Shown here in pieces: positions 63,900 to 64,000 of a stretch of DNA of 64,000 bases (the stretch's first letter is position 1; each line of letters begins with the position of its first letter). The notes beneath the pieces are model-generated. The model ran no database searches and was not told where the DNA came from. It was given only the letters and a program-made list of their open reading frames with translations. This DNA is from Dicyema japonicum (taxonomy: Eukaryota; Animalia; Dicyemida), in assembly GCA_011109175.1 (NCBI GenBank), contig RDEW01000004.1, forward strand, positions 1,415,067 to 1,479,066, read 5' to 3'. Both the position numbers and the translations under genes were made by a program.

Positions 63900-64000
63900 C
63901 AACCGTTTCCATGTACAGCCAGTGGTCGTCGAGACGAGCGGAGTCTTTGGCCCCAAGACGGTCTCTTTCCTTAGAGCACTTGGGTGTCTATTGACCAAAG
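63900..64000 (+). mobile_element. CRE-like LINE fragment running off the window
   Basis: FHVQPVVVETSGVFGPKTVSFLRALG. Confidence 0.65.

Overview
AT-rich eukaryotic nuclear DNA using the standard genetic code. It is almost certainly metazoan (Lgl and ACBD3 domain architectures) and ciliated (ENO4-like gene with an RFX X-box). Spliceosomal introns are miniature, mostly 21-30 nt. That combination best fits a dicyemid-like mesozoan, but this is inference only. Host genes: RBBP5, ATG9, ENO4-like, POLD2, lgl, PRMT5, ACBD3, a tRNA-Glu(CTC), two paralogous orphan coiled-coil genes, and two copies of a small PC4-fold gene. They sit as compact islands among mostly decayed mobile DNA: RTE, Ingi/Vingi-like and CRE-like LINEs, two tRNA-derived SINE families, hAT, Tc1/IS630, MULE and Helitron remnants, and an rve integrase. 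The most notable observations are four. (1) A duplicated PC4-family ssDNA-binding protein carries a mitochondrial-type presequence. (2) One SINE body appears with different LINE-derived 3' tails. (3) A Vingi-like LINE begins with a 2A StopGo motif. (4) Several conserved genes need one extra base in short homopolymers to stay in frame; this is most likely assembly error and weakens any pseudogene call here. All homologies were recognised by eye, no database search was run, and TE boundaries are approximate unless TIRs or TSDs are quoted.
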